Shown in pieces: positions 8,829-21,200 of a stretch of DNA of 64,000 nucleotides. The DNA lies in the IMG/VR virus record IMGVR_UViG_3300042935_001404; one strand, given 5' to 3'. A model generated the notes under the pieces. That model did not search any database, was not told the origin of the DNA, and saw only the letters and a list, made by a program, of their open reading frames with translations. A program made the position numbers and the translations under genes. The DNA is from a virus. Its lineage: Duplodnaviria; Caudoviricetes. How positions within the stretch are numbered: the first letter of the stretch is position 1; each line of letters starts with the position of its first letter.

Positions 8829-11800
8829 ATGGCAAAAACTACTAGACAAACTGCGGTATTTGGTGTTGAAGATTGGAAACGGATCTATCAAACCTACCAA
8901 GAAGCCAACTTCCAAAGCTATGACTTTGAAACTCTTCGCAAGAGTTTTGTTGATTACATACGACTGTACTACCCAGAAACATTCAACGACTACATTGAAA
9001 GCAGTGAATTTATTGCTCTACTAGATGTGATGGCATTTATGGGTCAGGCATTGGCCTTTCGTACTGATCTTAACACACGTGAAAATTATCTAGACACTGC
9101 TGAACGTCGTGACAGTGTGGTTAAACTTGCTAACCTGGTCAGCTACACTCCCAAGCGTAATACAGAAGCATCCGGATACCTCAAAGTATTTTCAATTCAG
9201 ACCACAGAAAACATTGTGGACTACAACGGCATTAACCTGAGCAACATCACTGTTAACTGGGCCGATCCAACCAACTTTGACTGGCAAGAACAGTTTACTG
9301 CTATCTTGAATTCCGCACTGGTCAACACACAACGTTACGGCCGTCCTGGCAACAGAACCACCATCAACGGAATTCGCACAGACGAATACACCGTTAACTT
9401 GTTGCCAGGTTTCTTGCCAGTGATCCCCTACAGTTCTGTTGTTGACGGCGTCAACATGCCATTTGAAGCTGTCAGTGCCACAGCCAGTGGCCTTGGTTAT
9501 GTATACGAACCTAGCCCACGTCCTAATGGACAATTCAATGTGTTGTTCCGTAATGACCAGTTGGGCTTTGCTTCACCCAACACAGGATTCTTCTTCTTGT
9601 TCAAGCAAGGTGTACTACAGAATCAAGATTTTAACTTGCCAGAACGCATTGCCAATCGTGCAGTGAACATCAACATTGAAGGCGTTAATAATACTGACCG
9701 TTGGTTGTATCAATTGGATAACGTAGGTACCATTAGCCGAGAGTGGGAGTTTGTTGAAAGCGTGTACACTGCCGCAGCCGAACAACTCACAACACTGCGT
9801 CCAATATACTCAGTTACTAGTAGAGCCAATGATCAGATCACCATGAACTTTGGTGATGGTGTGTTCTCTGAAATTCCTGTTGGCACTTTCCGTGCGTATG
9901 TTCGTGCATCAAATGGATTGCAGTACATTATCAATCCAGAAGAGATGCAAAATGTTCTATTGAGCATCAGTTATGTCAGCCGCAGAGGACAACTGGAAAC
10001 ACTTACAATGACATGTGGTATTACTGAACCAGTGAGCAATGCTCTTGCTCGTGAAACCATTGCTGAGATCAAACAACGAGCGCCTGCTCGTTACTACACA
10101 CAAAATCGCATGGTCAACGGCGAGGACTACAATAACTTTCCGTTCACTCAGTACAATTCAATTATCAAAAGCAAAGCATTGAACCGTGCTTCAATTGGCA
10201 CAAGTCGATATCTTGATCTAGTTGACAACACTGGAAAATATTCAAGTACCAACACATTCTCCAGTGATGGTGCTCTGTACGAGTACAATGCGTTGCCAAC
10301 TTTTTTGTTCACTTGGTTGACCACAAACGAAATCAGTGATGTTATTACCAATCAAATTGAAGTCAACTTGGCCAACAGTCCTGCCAAACAATTTTACTAT
10401 GCTAACTTCCCTCGTCCATCGTTGATACCACTGGCAGTGACCTGGAACGAAAGCACAACATTGGCTAATGAAACCACAGGTTATTTTAAAAATTCTGCAG
10501 GAAACCCAGTGTCAGTTGGACAATATGCCAGCAACAACATGCAATATGTCCAAGTTGGTAGTTTGATCAAGTTTGTTCCTCCGTCAGGATATTACTTTGA
10601 TGCCAATAATAAACTAGTGCTAGGCACACCAACTCGAGCAGATGAAAAGTTGATAATCTGGGCGGCAGCAACGGCAATATACAATGACGGAACAAATCAA
10701 GGACTTGGCAACTTTAGCAATGGTCTTGGTCCAGTGGTTCTCAATAATTTTGTGCCCACTGGCTCGGTATGCAGTCAAGTTATTCCGTTGTTTGTTACAG
10801 ATTTGGGAACAGATGTTCGTAATGATGCTGCCGCACAAATTGAATTGTATCGCAATTTTGGCCTGGGTTATAATAACCTGACCAAGACCTGGTATTTAAT
10901 TACTTCAAACAATCTTGCAATTGACGCCACCTGGAGTCAAGCATACGCAGGCAACACATCCGGCACAAACTTAGACGCCAGTTGGTTCTTGCAATTTGTA
11001 ACTGATGGCGAATCATATACAGTTACAAGTCGTGCGCTGAACTATTACTTTGGATCAGTTCTACAAACACGCTTTTTCTTCTACGGTGACGAACAAATTT
11101 ATGATAGTCGCACAGGAACTACTATTCGCGACTTTGTCAAAGTATTAAAAACAAACAGCAAGCCAGATTCAAACTTGCCACTGGAAAGCGATATTTCAAT
11201 GCGTATCATTGACCAGCCAGTTCAACCAGACGGCTATGTTGATGACTATCAAGTGTTGGTTTCATGGCAAGACAACGACGCTGACGGCGTGCCAGATGAT
11301 CCAGACTTTTTCAACACCATTGTTGCACCCAATGTAAATCCCACAACTAAAAATGTGTTCTTTCAACAAATTGTTGACTTTGACAATCTAGAACGTTATG
11401 TGTTGGTAGAGCCTGGAGTTATAAATTCTCAGTATGCCACACTAGATGACATTGAAGTGGTAAAGGCACAGTACATAGTCGGACAGGTGTTTTATGCATA
11501 TGGTGTTTACAATACCACAACACTGGTGTACACAACACCACCGGCATTTTACATCTTGTCATTGACTGCCACCGGCACTACTGAACTGGTGACCACAACT
11601 GATTACATAACTCGCATTGGCCGCCAAGACTTGTTTTTCCAATACAGACACAACAGTTCATTGACCAATCGCATTGATCCAGGATCAACCAACATCATTG
11701 ATGTCTACGTGGTCACACAGGCATACTACACTGCATATAGAAATTACATTGTAGACTCAACGGGAACAGTTCCAGAGCCAGAACCACCATCTCTGGACAC

Positions 11801-12263
11801 ACTGACCACCGAGTATGCAGGACTACAAGACTACAAAATGATTTCTGACAATATGATCATTAACTCAGTTGACTTTAAGCCGTTGTTTGGCATCAAGGCA
11901 GCACCAGAGTTACGTGCAACTATCAAAGTTATTCGTGCCAGTGGATCCACTGCATCAGTCAGCGAAATAAAGAGTTTGGTAGTGTCCTTCATCAATAGTT
12001 ATTTTGCAATTGAAAATTGGAATTTTGGTGATACGTTCTATTTCTCAGAACTATCTGGATACCTGCACCAGAACATTGGCGATGTAGTGAGTTCTGTTGT
12101 GTTAGTTCCAATAAGTCCGCAAAAGAGTTTTGGCGACTTGTATGAAATACGGTCAGCACCAAATCAGATTTTTGTTAACGCAGCCACAGTGGCAGACATT
12201 CAAGTAATTGAAGCACTGACCAGCACAAATCTTAAAACTGCCCCTGGCAGCGGAGTAATTTAA
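8829..12263 (+). CDS. Baseplate wedge subunit, T4 gp6-like (extended, 1144 aa)
   Basis: NFQSYDFETLRK...FNDYIESSEFIALLDVMAF...NTRENYLDTAERRDSVVKLA; ARETIAEIKQRAPARYYTQNRMVNGEDY. Confidence 0.9.
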   Translation: MAKTTRQTAVFGVEDWKRIYQTYQEANFQSYDFETLRKSFVDYIRLYYPETFNDYIESSEFIALLDVMAFMGQALAFRTDLNTRENYLDTAERRDSVVKLANLVSYTPKRNTEASGYLKVFSIQTTENIVDYNGINLSNITVNWADPTNFDWQEQFTAILNSALVNTQRYGRPGNRTTINGIRTDEYTVNLLPGFLPVIPYSSVVDGVNMPFEAVSATASGLGYVYEPSPRPNGQFNVLFRNDQLGFASPNTGFFFLFKQGVLQNQDFNLPERIANRAVNINIEGVNNTDRWLYQLDNVGTISREWEFVESVYTAAAEQLTTLRPIYSVTSRANDQITMNFGDGVFSEIPVGTFRAYVRASNGLQYIINPEEMQNVLLSISYVSRRGQLETLTMTCGITEPVSNALARETIAEIKQRAPARYYTQNRMVNGEDYNNFPFTQYNSIIKSKALNRASIGTSRYLDLVDNTGKYSSTNTFSSDGALYEYNALPTFLFTWLTTNEISDVITNQIEVNLANSPAKQFYYANFPRPSLIPLAVTWNESTTLANETTGYFKNSAGNPVSVGQYASNNMQYVQVGSLIKFVPPSGYYFDANNKLVLGTPTRADEKLIIWAAATAIYNDGTNQGLGNFSNGLGPVVLNNFVPTGSVCSQVIPLFVTDLGTDVRNDAAAQIELYRNFGLGYNNLTKTWYLITSNNLAIDATWSQAYAGNTSGTNLDASWFLQFVTDGESYTVTSRALNYYFGSVLQTRFFFYGDEQIYDSRTGTTIRDFVKVLKTNSKPDSNLPLESDISMRIIDQPVQPDGYVDDYQVLVSWQDNDADGVPDDPDFFNTIVAPNVNPTTKNVFFQQIVDFDNLERYVLVEPGVINSQYATLDDIEVVKAQYIVGQVFYAYGVYNTTTLVYTTPPAFYILSLTATGTTELVTTTDYITRIGRQDLFFQYRHNSSLTNRIDPGSTNIIDVYVVTQAYYTAYRNYIVDSTGTVPEPEPPSLDTLTTEYAGLQDYKMISDNMIINSVDFKPLFGIKAAPELRATIKVIRASGSTASVSEIKSLVVSFINSYFAIENWNFGDTFYFSELSGYLHQNIGDVVSSVVLVPISPQKSFGDLYEIRSAPNQIFVNAATVADIQVIEALTSTNLKTAPGSGVI

Positions 12264-15200
12264 TGGCAAAAGTGAGAACAGTAGATTTTCTACCAGAGAT
12301 ATTTCAGACATCTACCAACAAGCAATTTTTGGCTGCTACCCTGGACCAATTGGTTCAAGAGCCGCAGTTTAAAAAGACACAGGGATATGTTGGACGTCGC
12401 GTAGGGCCAGGCGTAAATGCCGACGACAAATATGTTGTTGAACCTACTCGATCTCGCACAGATTATCAATTAGAACCGGGTGTTGTATTCAGAAAAACTG
12501 ATTCCACAGTGATCAAGGACGCAGTCACGTATCCCGGCATCACTGATGCTCTAGGCACACAAGGTGCGTTTGTTGATCAAAGCGAAAGACTCTACACCAG
12601 CGAATACTATACCTGGGATCCGCAGATTAACTGGGACAAGTTTGTAAACTACAGCCAATACTATTGGTTACCTGATGGTCCGTTGTCAGTTGATGTAGGT
12701 GGCACAGCAGTTCCGCTCACTGCAGACTACACTGTCACAAGAGAAAATGGCGTATACACATTTTCAAACTATACCGGCAGCAATCCTACAATTACATTAT
12801 TGCGCAACGGCAACTACACATTCACTGTGGCACAGAATGCAACAGAAACTGTAAACTATCGTGTCACGGCAGCCACAACATCAGCATACATTATTGATTA
12901 CTTGCCAAATCCACCACTGACACTTGTGCGTGGAAACACCTATGTGTTCAATTTAAATCTTGGTGTAGTATCGCCATTCTGGATTAAAACCTCTCCGTCA
13001 CAGGGCCGTATTGATCAATACAACACTGGTGTAAGTCGCAACGGTGCAAACACCGGCAACATTACATTTACTGTGCCACAAGACGCACCTGACACCTTGT
13101 ACTACGCAAGTGAAACACAGTTTAACATGCAAGGCGTGTTGACAATTGTTGACGGAACTCCGGGCACAGGTCCGGGTTTTTGGATTCAGGCAGAACCAGG
13201 GGTCGAAGGTGTACTGCCTTATGCACCTAACATTTCTAGTAGAGATGTGCTGGGCGTAACCAACAACGGTGAAGATCTTGGAGTAGTGACATTCAATGTT
13301 CCTGAGTCTACTGCACAGAGTTTTTACTATGGGTTGACCAGCATTGGCTCTGTCGACCTGGCCACAAATTTATTATTTGATCAAATTAACAATGTTTTCT
13401 TATCTGAATTTTTTGCAGCCAACCCAACGGGCATTGATGGTACTACAAATTTAAATGGTCGAACATTGGTATTTCTCAACACAACTACGGGCGATGATGG
13501 ATGGGAAGTTGTCAGTCCATTTGATCCATTGCCTGCATCTGGAATTGGAACCGGTAGCTATGACAGCACAGCATTTGCACAGGCAATTCCACTTACTCAG
13601 CCTGACCGTTACAGTGTATGGCAAATAACATACGTAACATCATCTGGTGGCCAGCAGTACATTCAATTAAATCCAGTATTGCCAGTGGCTGAGTTGGAAA
13701 AGTTTACTATTGCCTTTGGTAATCAGTATTCAAATACTGGTTGGTATAAAGATGCATCTGGGTACTTTGAAGAAATTCCGTTGTTGACAGCAATCAAAGA
13801 TACATTGTATTATCAAGACGGAACAGACCCTGGAATTTTTGGGCAAATTCGGTTGCTTGATCAAACCAACGCAACCACAACATATATCAACGATATTATT
13901 GGAAAGCCCAACTATACCAGTTCAAATGGTGTGGTGTTTACTAATGGACTCAAAGTTCAATTTCGTGGCAGCACAATACCAGCCGAATACGAAAACCAAG
14001 AATACTATGTTGAAGGTGTAGGCACAGCAATTAAATTACTACCTGTTGGTGATTTTATCACTCCAGAGCCATATACTCAAAATGCACTTATTCCGTTTGA
14101 TAGTTTAAGATACGATGAGGGAAACTATGATGCTTCTTTGAATGCGCCACTAATTCCAGAGTATCTTACAATTGGTCGTGCTAGTCCTGATTTAAATCCC
14201 TGGACACGTAGTAATCGTTGGTTCCACATTGATGTTATCAATGCATCTGCCACTTATAACAACACAACACCAATTTTAAGCAACTCTCAAAGTGCTAAAC
14301 GTCCTATTATAGAATTTAATGCAGGAACACGCCTGTACGATTTTGGAACCCAAGGAAAACTGCCGGTTAATATTGTTGACTTTACTATCACAGATGCGCT
14401 GAGCACCATTAACGGATCACTGGGCTACGGCATTGACGGATACGAATTTGTCAACGGTACCCGTGTTATTTTTGCAGCTGATACTGACTCTGAAGTTAGA
14501 AATAAAATTTACGTTGTAAATTTCATTACGCCTGACACTGTGCCGCCATTGATTGCACAACCTATTATTGATCTAGTTCCTGCTGACGACTCCACAGTAC
14601 TGGTTGATCAAACCGTAGTCACACTTAGCGGATTAACAACACAAGGAACAAGTTATTATTACGATGGTATCACTTGGTTAAGAGCACAACAAAAGACAGC
14701 TACAAATCAAGCGCCATTGTTTAACGTGTATGATTCTGCTGGAATTAGTTTCAGTGACCGTGCCAAGTACCCTAGCTCTACATTTGCTGGCAGTAAGTTG
14801 TTCAGTTATGCCACTGGACAGGGCGCCGTGGATACTGTGCTGGGATTGCCACTGCGTTACCTAAGTATAAACAACATTGGTGACATTGTATTTGATAATA
14901 ATTTTTATACAGACCAATTTACCTATGCCATACAAAATACTGCGCAGACTATTAATATAAGTGACGGGTACTCGTATCAATATGTTGATCGAGTTATATA
15001 TGAACGCGAACTTGGCTGGCAAGTGGCAGCAACTCCAAGTTTAATTCGTCAACAATTTCAGTTTGCGTACGACGGATCCCCATTACGATTCAATATCAAT
15101 ATACCTGAGAATACCGTTGTTCCTGCAATACAACTGTATGTGGCCAACAAATATATCTTGCCTGCAGAATATACAGTAACAAGAACGGCTGCTACAACCA

Positions 15201-18200
15201 CAATCATATTGAACAATATCTATACGCCAGGATCAATCATTGAGGTTCAAGTCTTAAGCAATGATCTAAGCGACAATGGATTTTATCAAGTGCCAATTAA
15301 TTTGGCAAACAATCCCTTCAACGTTAACAGTCCTTACTTTACGCTGGGAACCATAAGAACACATTACGAAAGTATTGCTAGAAATCTAATTGACTTTACC
15401 GGTGACATTAACGGTCCAAACAACACACGCGACCTGGGCAACATTGGTCGTTACGGTACAACCATACTGGAACAGAGTGCGCCATTGACCCTGGCTGGCT
15501 TCTTTATGAGAAGCAGTGAATACAATATCTTTAAGTCGTTGGAGTTCAACGATAGAGAGTATACCAAGTTTAAAAATAGACTGTTAGAAAATGCCATTCG
15601 CAACGAATGGGGTAATTTAACAACAAGCGAAATTCTTGATTCTGTGGTTACTGATTTAAATATTGGTAAAACTAACATAAACAGTTTCTATTACAGCGAT
15701 ATGTTGCCCAGTGGCAATGTTTATACAGACACTGTTTACACAGTGACACCGATCACAGTTGGCATATTTGACACACTACAAACACACTCGTTTACTTCTG
15801 CAAACTTCTTAGGCTTATTGGTATACCTAAACGATACACTGCTGACACTAAACTATGACTACACAGTGGCCACAGATGGCCCAACACTTACTGTTACTGT
15901 TCCACTCACAGTTGGCGATGTGGTCACCATTCGTGAATATGCAGACACCGCAGGAAATTATGTTCCCAATACTCCTACCAAGATGGGCCTGTATCAGGCA
16001 TTTAAACCTGAAGTGTTCTTGGATGAAAACTATGTAAACCCAACTGTTGTTATCCGTGGCCATGATGGCAGTATTACCACAGCATTTGGTGACATGCGCG
16101 ATGATATCTTATTGGAGTTTGAACGTAGAATTTTCAACAACTTAAAGACTGAAGGCAATCCAGTACCAATACCACCTGAAGAAGTGATTCCTGGTTATTT
16201 CCGCACAACAGATTATACTCAGGCCGAGATTACAACTATTCTAGGTGAAAGTTTCTTGACCTGGGTAGGGCAAAACAAACTGGATTACAAAACACAGCAG
16301 TACATTGCCAACAATCCGTTTACCTACAATTATAGCCAAGCCGGCGATAAAGAAAAAGATTTGCCGTTGCTGGGAGCCTGGCGCGGCATCAGTAGATATT
16401 TCTATGATACACTAAGTCCCAACTACACTCCGTGGGAAATGCTGGGCTTTAGCCAACAGCCCGCATGGTGGGAAACACGCTATGGTCCTGCGCCATACAC
16501 ACAGGATAACTTGGTGTTATGGGACGACATACAAGCTGGTATCGTTGCTGATCCAGACGGATATTATATTAAACCTGACTTCGTAAGACCAAACTTATCA
16601 ACCTACTTCATACCCACCGGCACAGAAGGCCAACTACTGTCTCCATTGGACAGTGTGGTTGGGCAGTATGATCCTAATGCATTCCGCAAGAGCTGGGTAG
16701 TCGGCGATGGCGGCCCTGTAGAGGCTGCATGGTGGACCTCCAGTAGTTACCCATTTGCTGTGATGCGCCTGTTGGCACTAACACGCCCGGCAAAATTCTT
16801 TAGTTTGTTTGCGGACCGAGACCTTTACAAGTACAGCACAGAATTTGAACAGTATCTGTACAATGGGCGATATCGCTTAGATGCCAATGGCGTTGAGGTG
16901 TATGGTGGCAACGTTGATATATCAACAGGTGTTGTTACTCCTGTTAGCAAGGCCAGTTACATCAACTGGATTGTTGATTACAATCAACAGCTGGGTATTA
17001 ACTCAACACAGGCATTGGAAGAAGCACTGGCAAATCTTGACGTGCGACTGTGCTGGAGAACTGGAAGTTTCACAGATAAAGAATATCTTAAAATATACAC
17101 AGAACGTTCTAGCCCTAACAGTTTGAATTCAAGTTTGCTGTTGCCCGACGAAAGTTACGACTTGATGTTGTACAAAAACTCACCGTTTGCCAGTGTGGCA
17201 TACAGTGCAGTGATCGTTCAACTGACCGATGCAGGATATGCAGTATTTGGCTACAGCACAACTGATCCTTACTTTGACATTTATGCAAGCCGCACCAGCG
17301 GCGAGTTACAAACTATCAGCGCCGGCGGCAGTACAGTGCGTGTTCCACGACAATACACAAACGATATTGTGCAAGTTCCATACGGATTTGTGTTTACCAA
17401 CCAATCAAGTGTGGTTGATTTCTTGTTGAGTTATGGACAATACTTGACCACGCAAGGTCTAGTGTTTGACACACGAGAAAACGGTTACACACTTGACTGG
17501 AAACAAATGGCCAGTGAGTTTCTTTATTGGGCAAACCAAGGCTGGGCTGTTGACAGTTTAATTAATTTAAATCCGGCAGCACTGCAATTGACTGCAGAAA
17601 GACCCGGAGCAGTGGTTGACAGCATCAGTGTTCAAAATCCAGAAAACATGTTGTTGGATCAAAACCGTACACCGTTTGATGCTAGAAATTTGGTAATTGA
17701 ACGATTGGAAAACAGATTCACAATAAATGGCACAAACAACCAGGCAATTTCTTATGTTAAATTACAATTTGTTAGCTATGAAGACATTGTAATACTCAAC
17801 AACGTTAGTATTTTTGCAGACTTAATTTATAATCCCCCAACCGGCGCACGACAGACTCGTGTTTATGTTAGTGCTATCACAACCACTGAGTGGAACGGAA
17901 CATTAAATGCACAGGGCTTTGTGCTCAACCGAGACAATGTCAAAGAGTGGGCTCCGAATATCAAGTATGCTAAGGGCGAAATTGTTCTGTACAAAAACCT
18001 CTATTGGTCTGCACAAGATATTATTCAACCCAAGCGAGAATTTGCCTATTCTGACTGGGTCAAGAGCGATTATACCAAGATACAAAAAGGCCTTTTGCCC
18101 AACATCGCAAACAAAGCAGATCAGTTAGAGAACAGTTATAACACACAAACTGCAAACCTAGAAGCTGACAACGATCTACTGAGCTTTGGATTAATTGGAT

Positions 18201-21200
18201 TCCAACCAAGAGACTATATGGTTGCATTGAATCTTGACGATACCAGTCAAGTCAACTTGTATCAACAATTCATTGGCACCAAAGGAACAATATTAAGTGC
18301 AGAAATATTCACCGGTGCTAATCTTGCCAAAGAAATTGCTGACTATCAAATTTACGAAAACTGGGCTGTACTACGCGGCACATATGGAGCAAACGCAAAT
18401 CGCAGCTATGTTGAGTTGAGATTAAACGAAGCACTGTTACAAAGTGACCCAGCCACTGTGCAGATAATTGAGCCAGGCGAATCAAGTTTGGCAAATCAAA
18501 CTGTGCTGTTAAATGACGTATGGCGCGAAAGTTATAAATTAACTTCTCCAGACTTTTTAACAACTACCACAACTCAGATCACTGACACAGCATTGCCAAG
18601 CGCAGGCTATGTCAACATCAACGACGTTGATATAACAGTATTCTCCTTGGATGATCCAAGCACTATTGCCGCAAACTTAGACACCATCGGTAACGGCACT
18701 AAAATATGGGTGGCCAAAACCAACAGCTACGATTGGAATATATATCGTGCTACTCAAGTGCCAGGTAGAATTACTCGTGTGACCGACAACCTTGATGGCA
18801 CTAGTTTAGTAGCATTTACTCAAGTACATAAATTATCTCTAGGCGATATCCTAATTGTTCGATTCTTCAACGACGCCTTTAACGGCGTATATCGAGTACT
18901 GACTACCCCTACCCCAACCACGCTCACTGTGGCCTACACATTCCCAAATGGCAATCAAACTACCATAACTGGATCAGGGATAGGATTTTATCTTGACACC
19001 ATGCGTGTCGCCCAGGCCAGTGACATTGGCACATTGTCCTTTGCCAACGACTTGATTCCAGGTGCAATGGCCTGGGTTGATAACAACGGTTCTGGACTAT
19101 GGGAAGTACTTGAAAAACAAAATGTTTTTGCCGCCGGCTATGCACTTGAGCCAAGCAATCTAGTGCTTGACAGTGGGTATGGCACAAGTATTGCCCAAGC
19201 ATACGAAAATATTGCAGCATTGGTTGGCGCACCATTGTACGATGGTGGTGTTGGTGCAATTTACCCATACCTGCGTGGCCAGGGTAATTTATATGAAGCA
19301 AGTCCATTAATGCAACTAGGAACTGCTGACACAGTGGGATATGGCAGTGCATTGGCAATTGGTTACCAAGACTGGGCCATTGTGGGTGCCCCTCAAAGTT
19401 ATAGTGGCGTCGGTTATGTAGCGATACTCTACCGAGCACCTGCAAGTAATACATTCTTGCAAACGCAACTGTTGATTGCACCTGATTACCTAGCAAGTGC
19501 CGGCAGTTTTGGTTCGTCAGTGGCCATCAGCCGAGATGAACGTTGGGCGTATGTTGGCGCTCCTGCACAAGATGCAGTGTATGCATATGGTCGCGTTGAT
19601 TTAGAAATTCAAGAAGTAACGTATATCGGCGATAGCGTTACTACATCATTTAATTACAGCAATAATTTAGTGTTTGATCTAGCACACCCAGCACAGATCA
19701 CTGTATTGCTTAATAACTCTATACAGCAGTACGGAGTTGACTACGATCTAAGCGCGACCTCGGTAATATTTAACACTGCTCCGCTTCAAGATTTACCAAT
19801 TGTGATAACACGAAATATGTTATCACAATTGGATGCCGAAACATATTATAATGTTGAACAAGACTCAACAGACGGTTCCGGTATACTTGCAACATTTACA
19901 GTTGAGAGAGTTCGCGGAGACTATGAAGTTACAATTACCGGTCCAGGCGTATTCTACCAAATTGGAGACACACTTACCATTGACGCGGCCACCATTGGCG
20001 GAGGCACGTCGCCTGCAAATGATTTAGTCATTACTATAACTGCTATTGAAGGCAGCGGAGCAATCACTGGATTTACATATTCTGGTTCAGGCGTTTCAAA
20101 CACATCTGTATTTGATTTAAGTACAACGCTGTACACTGCTACAAATCTTAATTCTTTCAGTGTTCGTGTCAACGGCGTACTACAACGTCCTTATATTGAT
20201 TATACATTTGCAGGAACTACATTAACTTTTGTTACATTACCAGCGGCTGGCACCAAAATTGAGGTTGAAACTGGTTCATATTTTGCATACGTTGAAACTA
20301 TGACTGGTCCGGCAGGTTCTGGATTTGGAACAAGTGTAGCAACAGCAACAGATGGACAGCAAATAGTAATTGGTGCGCCAACAGATGTAAACAATGCGTT
20401 GATCAATGGCAGCACATATGTGTACGATCGCAGTGTCGCAAGATATCAAGTTGGTGTTGGTGAAACAGCAGTGACAACTTTCGCACTGCCCGCTGGGTTC
20501 AACACTCCAGTATCTGTGACGCTCAATAATGCGTTCTTAACTGATGCTGATCAAATCTTGGGCGGACAATTTACAGTGTCTGGCAGTGATGTAATATTAG
20601 AAGATAATGTAACATTGGCAGTGGGCGACATAATTGAAGTTGAAAGCAATATTTTCCAGTTGGTGCAGAAGATTACAATTAACAAGCCATTTGATCAAGC
20701 AAGTTTTGGCAGTTCGGTTGACCTGTGCTCAAATAATTGCAGTATCTATGTTGGTGCACCAACTGATGGCACAGTGTTACCAGGTGCTGGCAGTGTACAA
20801 CGCAGTGTAAATCAATCTCGTGTGTACGGAGTAATATCATCTCTAATTCCAAATCCTGTGTTGACAGGTGGCGATACACTGCGTATTGACAACTATGAAA
20901 TCGTAATTCCCAACAGCCCCAACAACACTGTAGCCGGGGTTGTTGACGCCATTAACACTGCCAACGAAGGTGTTGGCATTCCCAATGTACGAGCTTCTGC
21001 TCCGGGCGATTTATTCTTTGTAGGCGACGGGGTTGTAAAAACATATGACATTGGTGTAACTTACTCACAATACACCACTTACAATCCGTTGGTATATGTT
21101 GACACTGTAGTGCAAATTCTCAATGTTGACTATACGTACAACAACAGCACTGGTATTATTAGTTTTATTACTGCTCCTGCTGAACAATCTAGCATACGTG

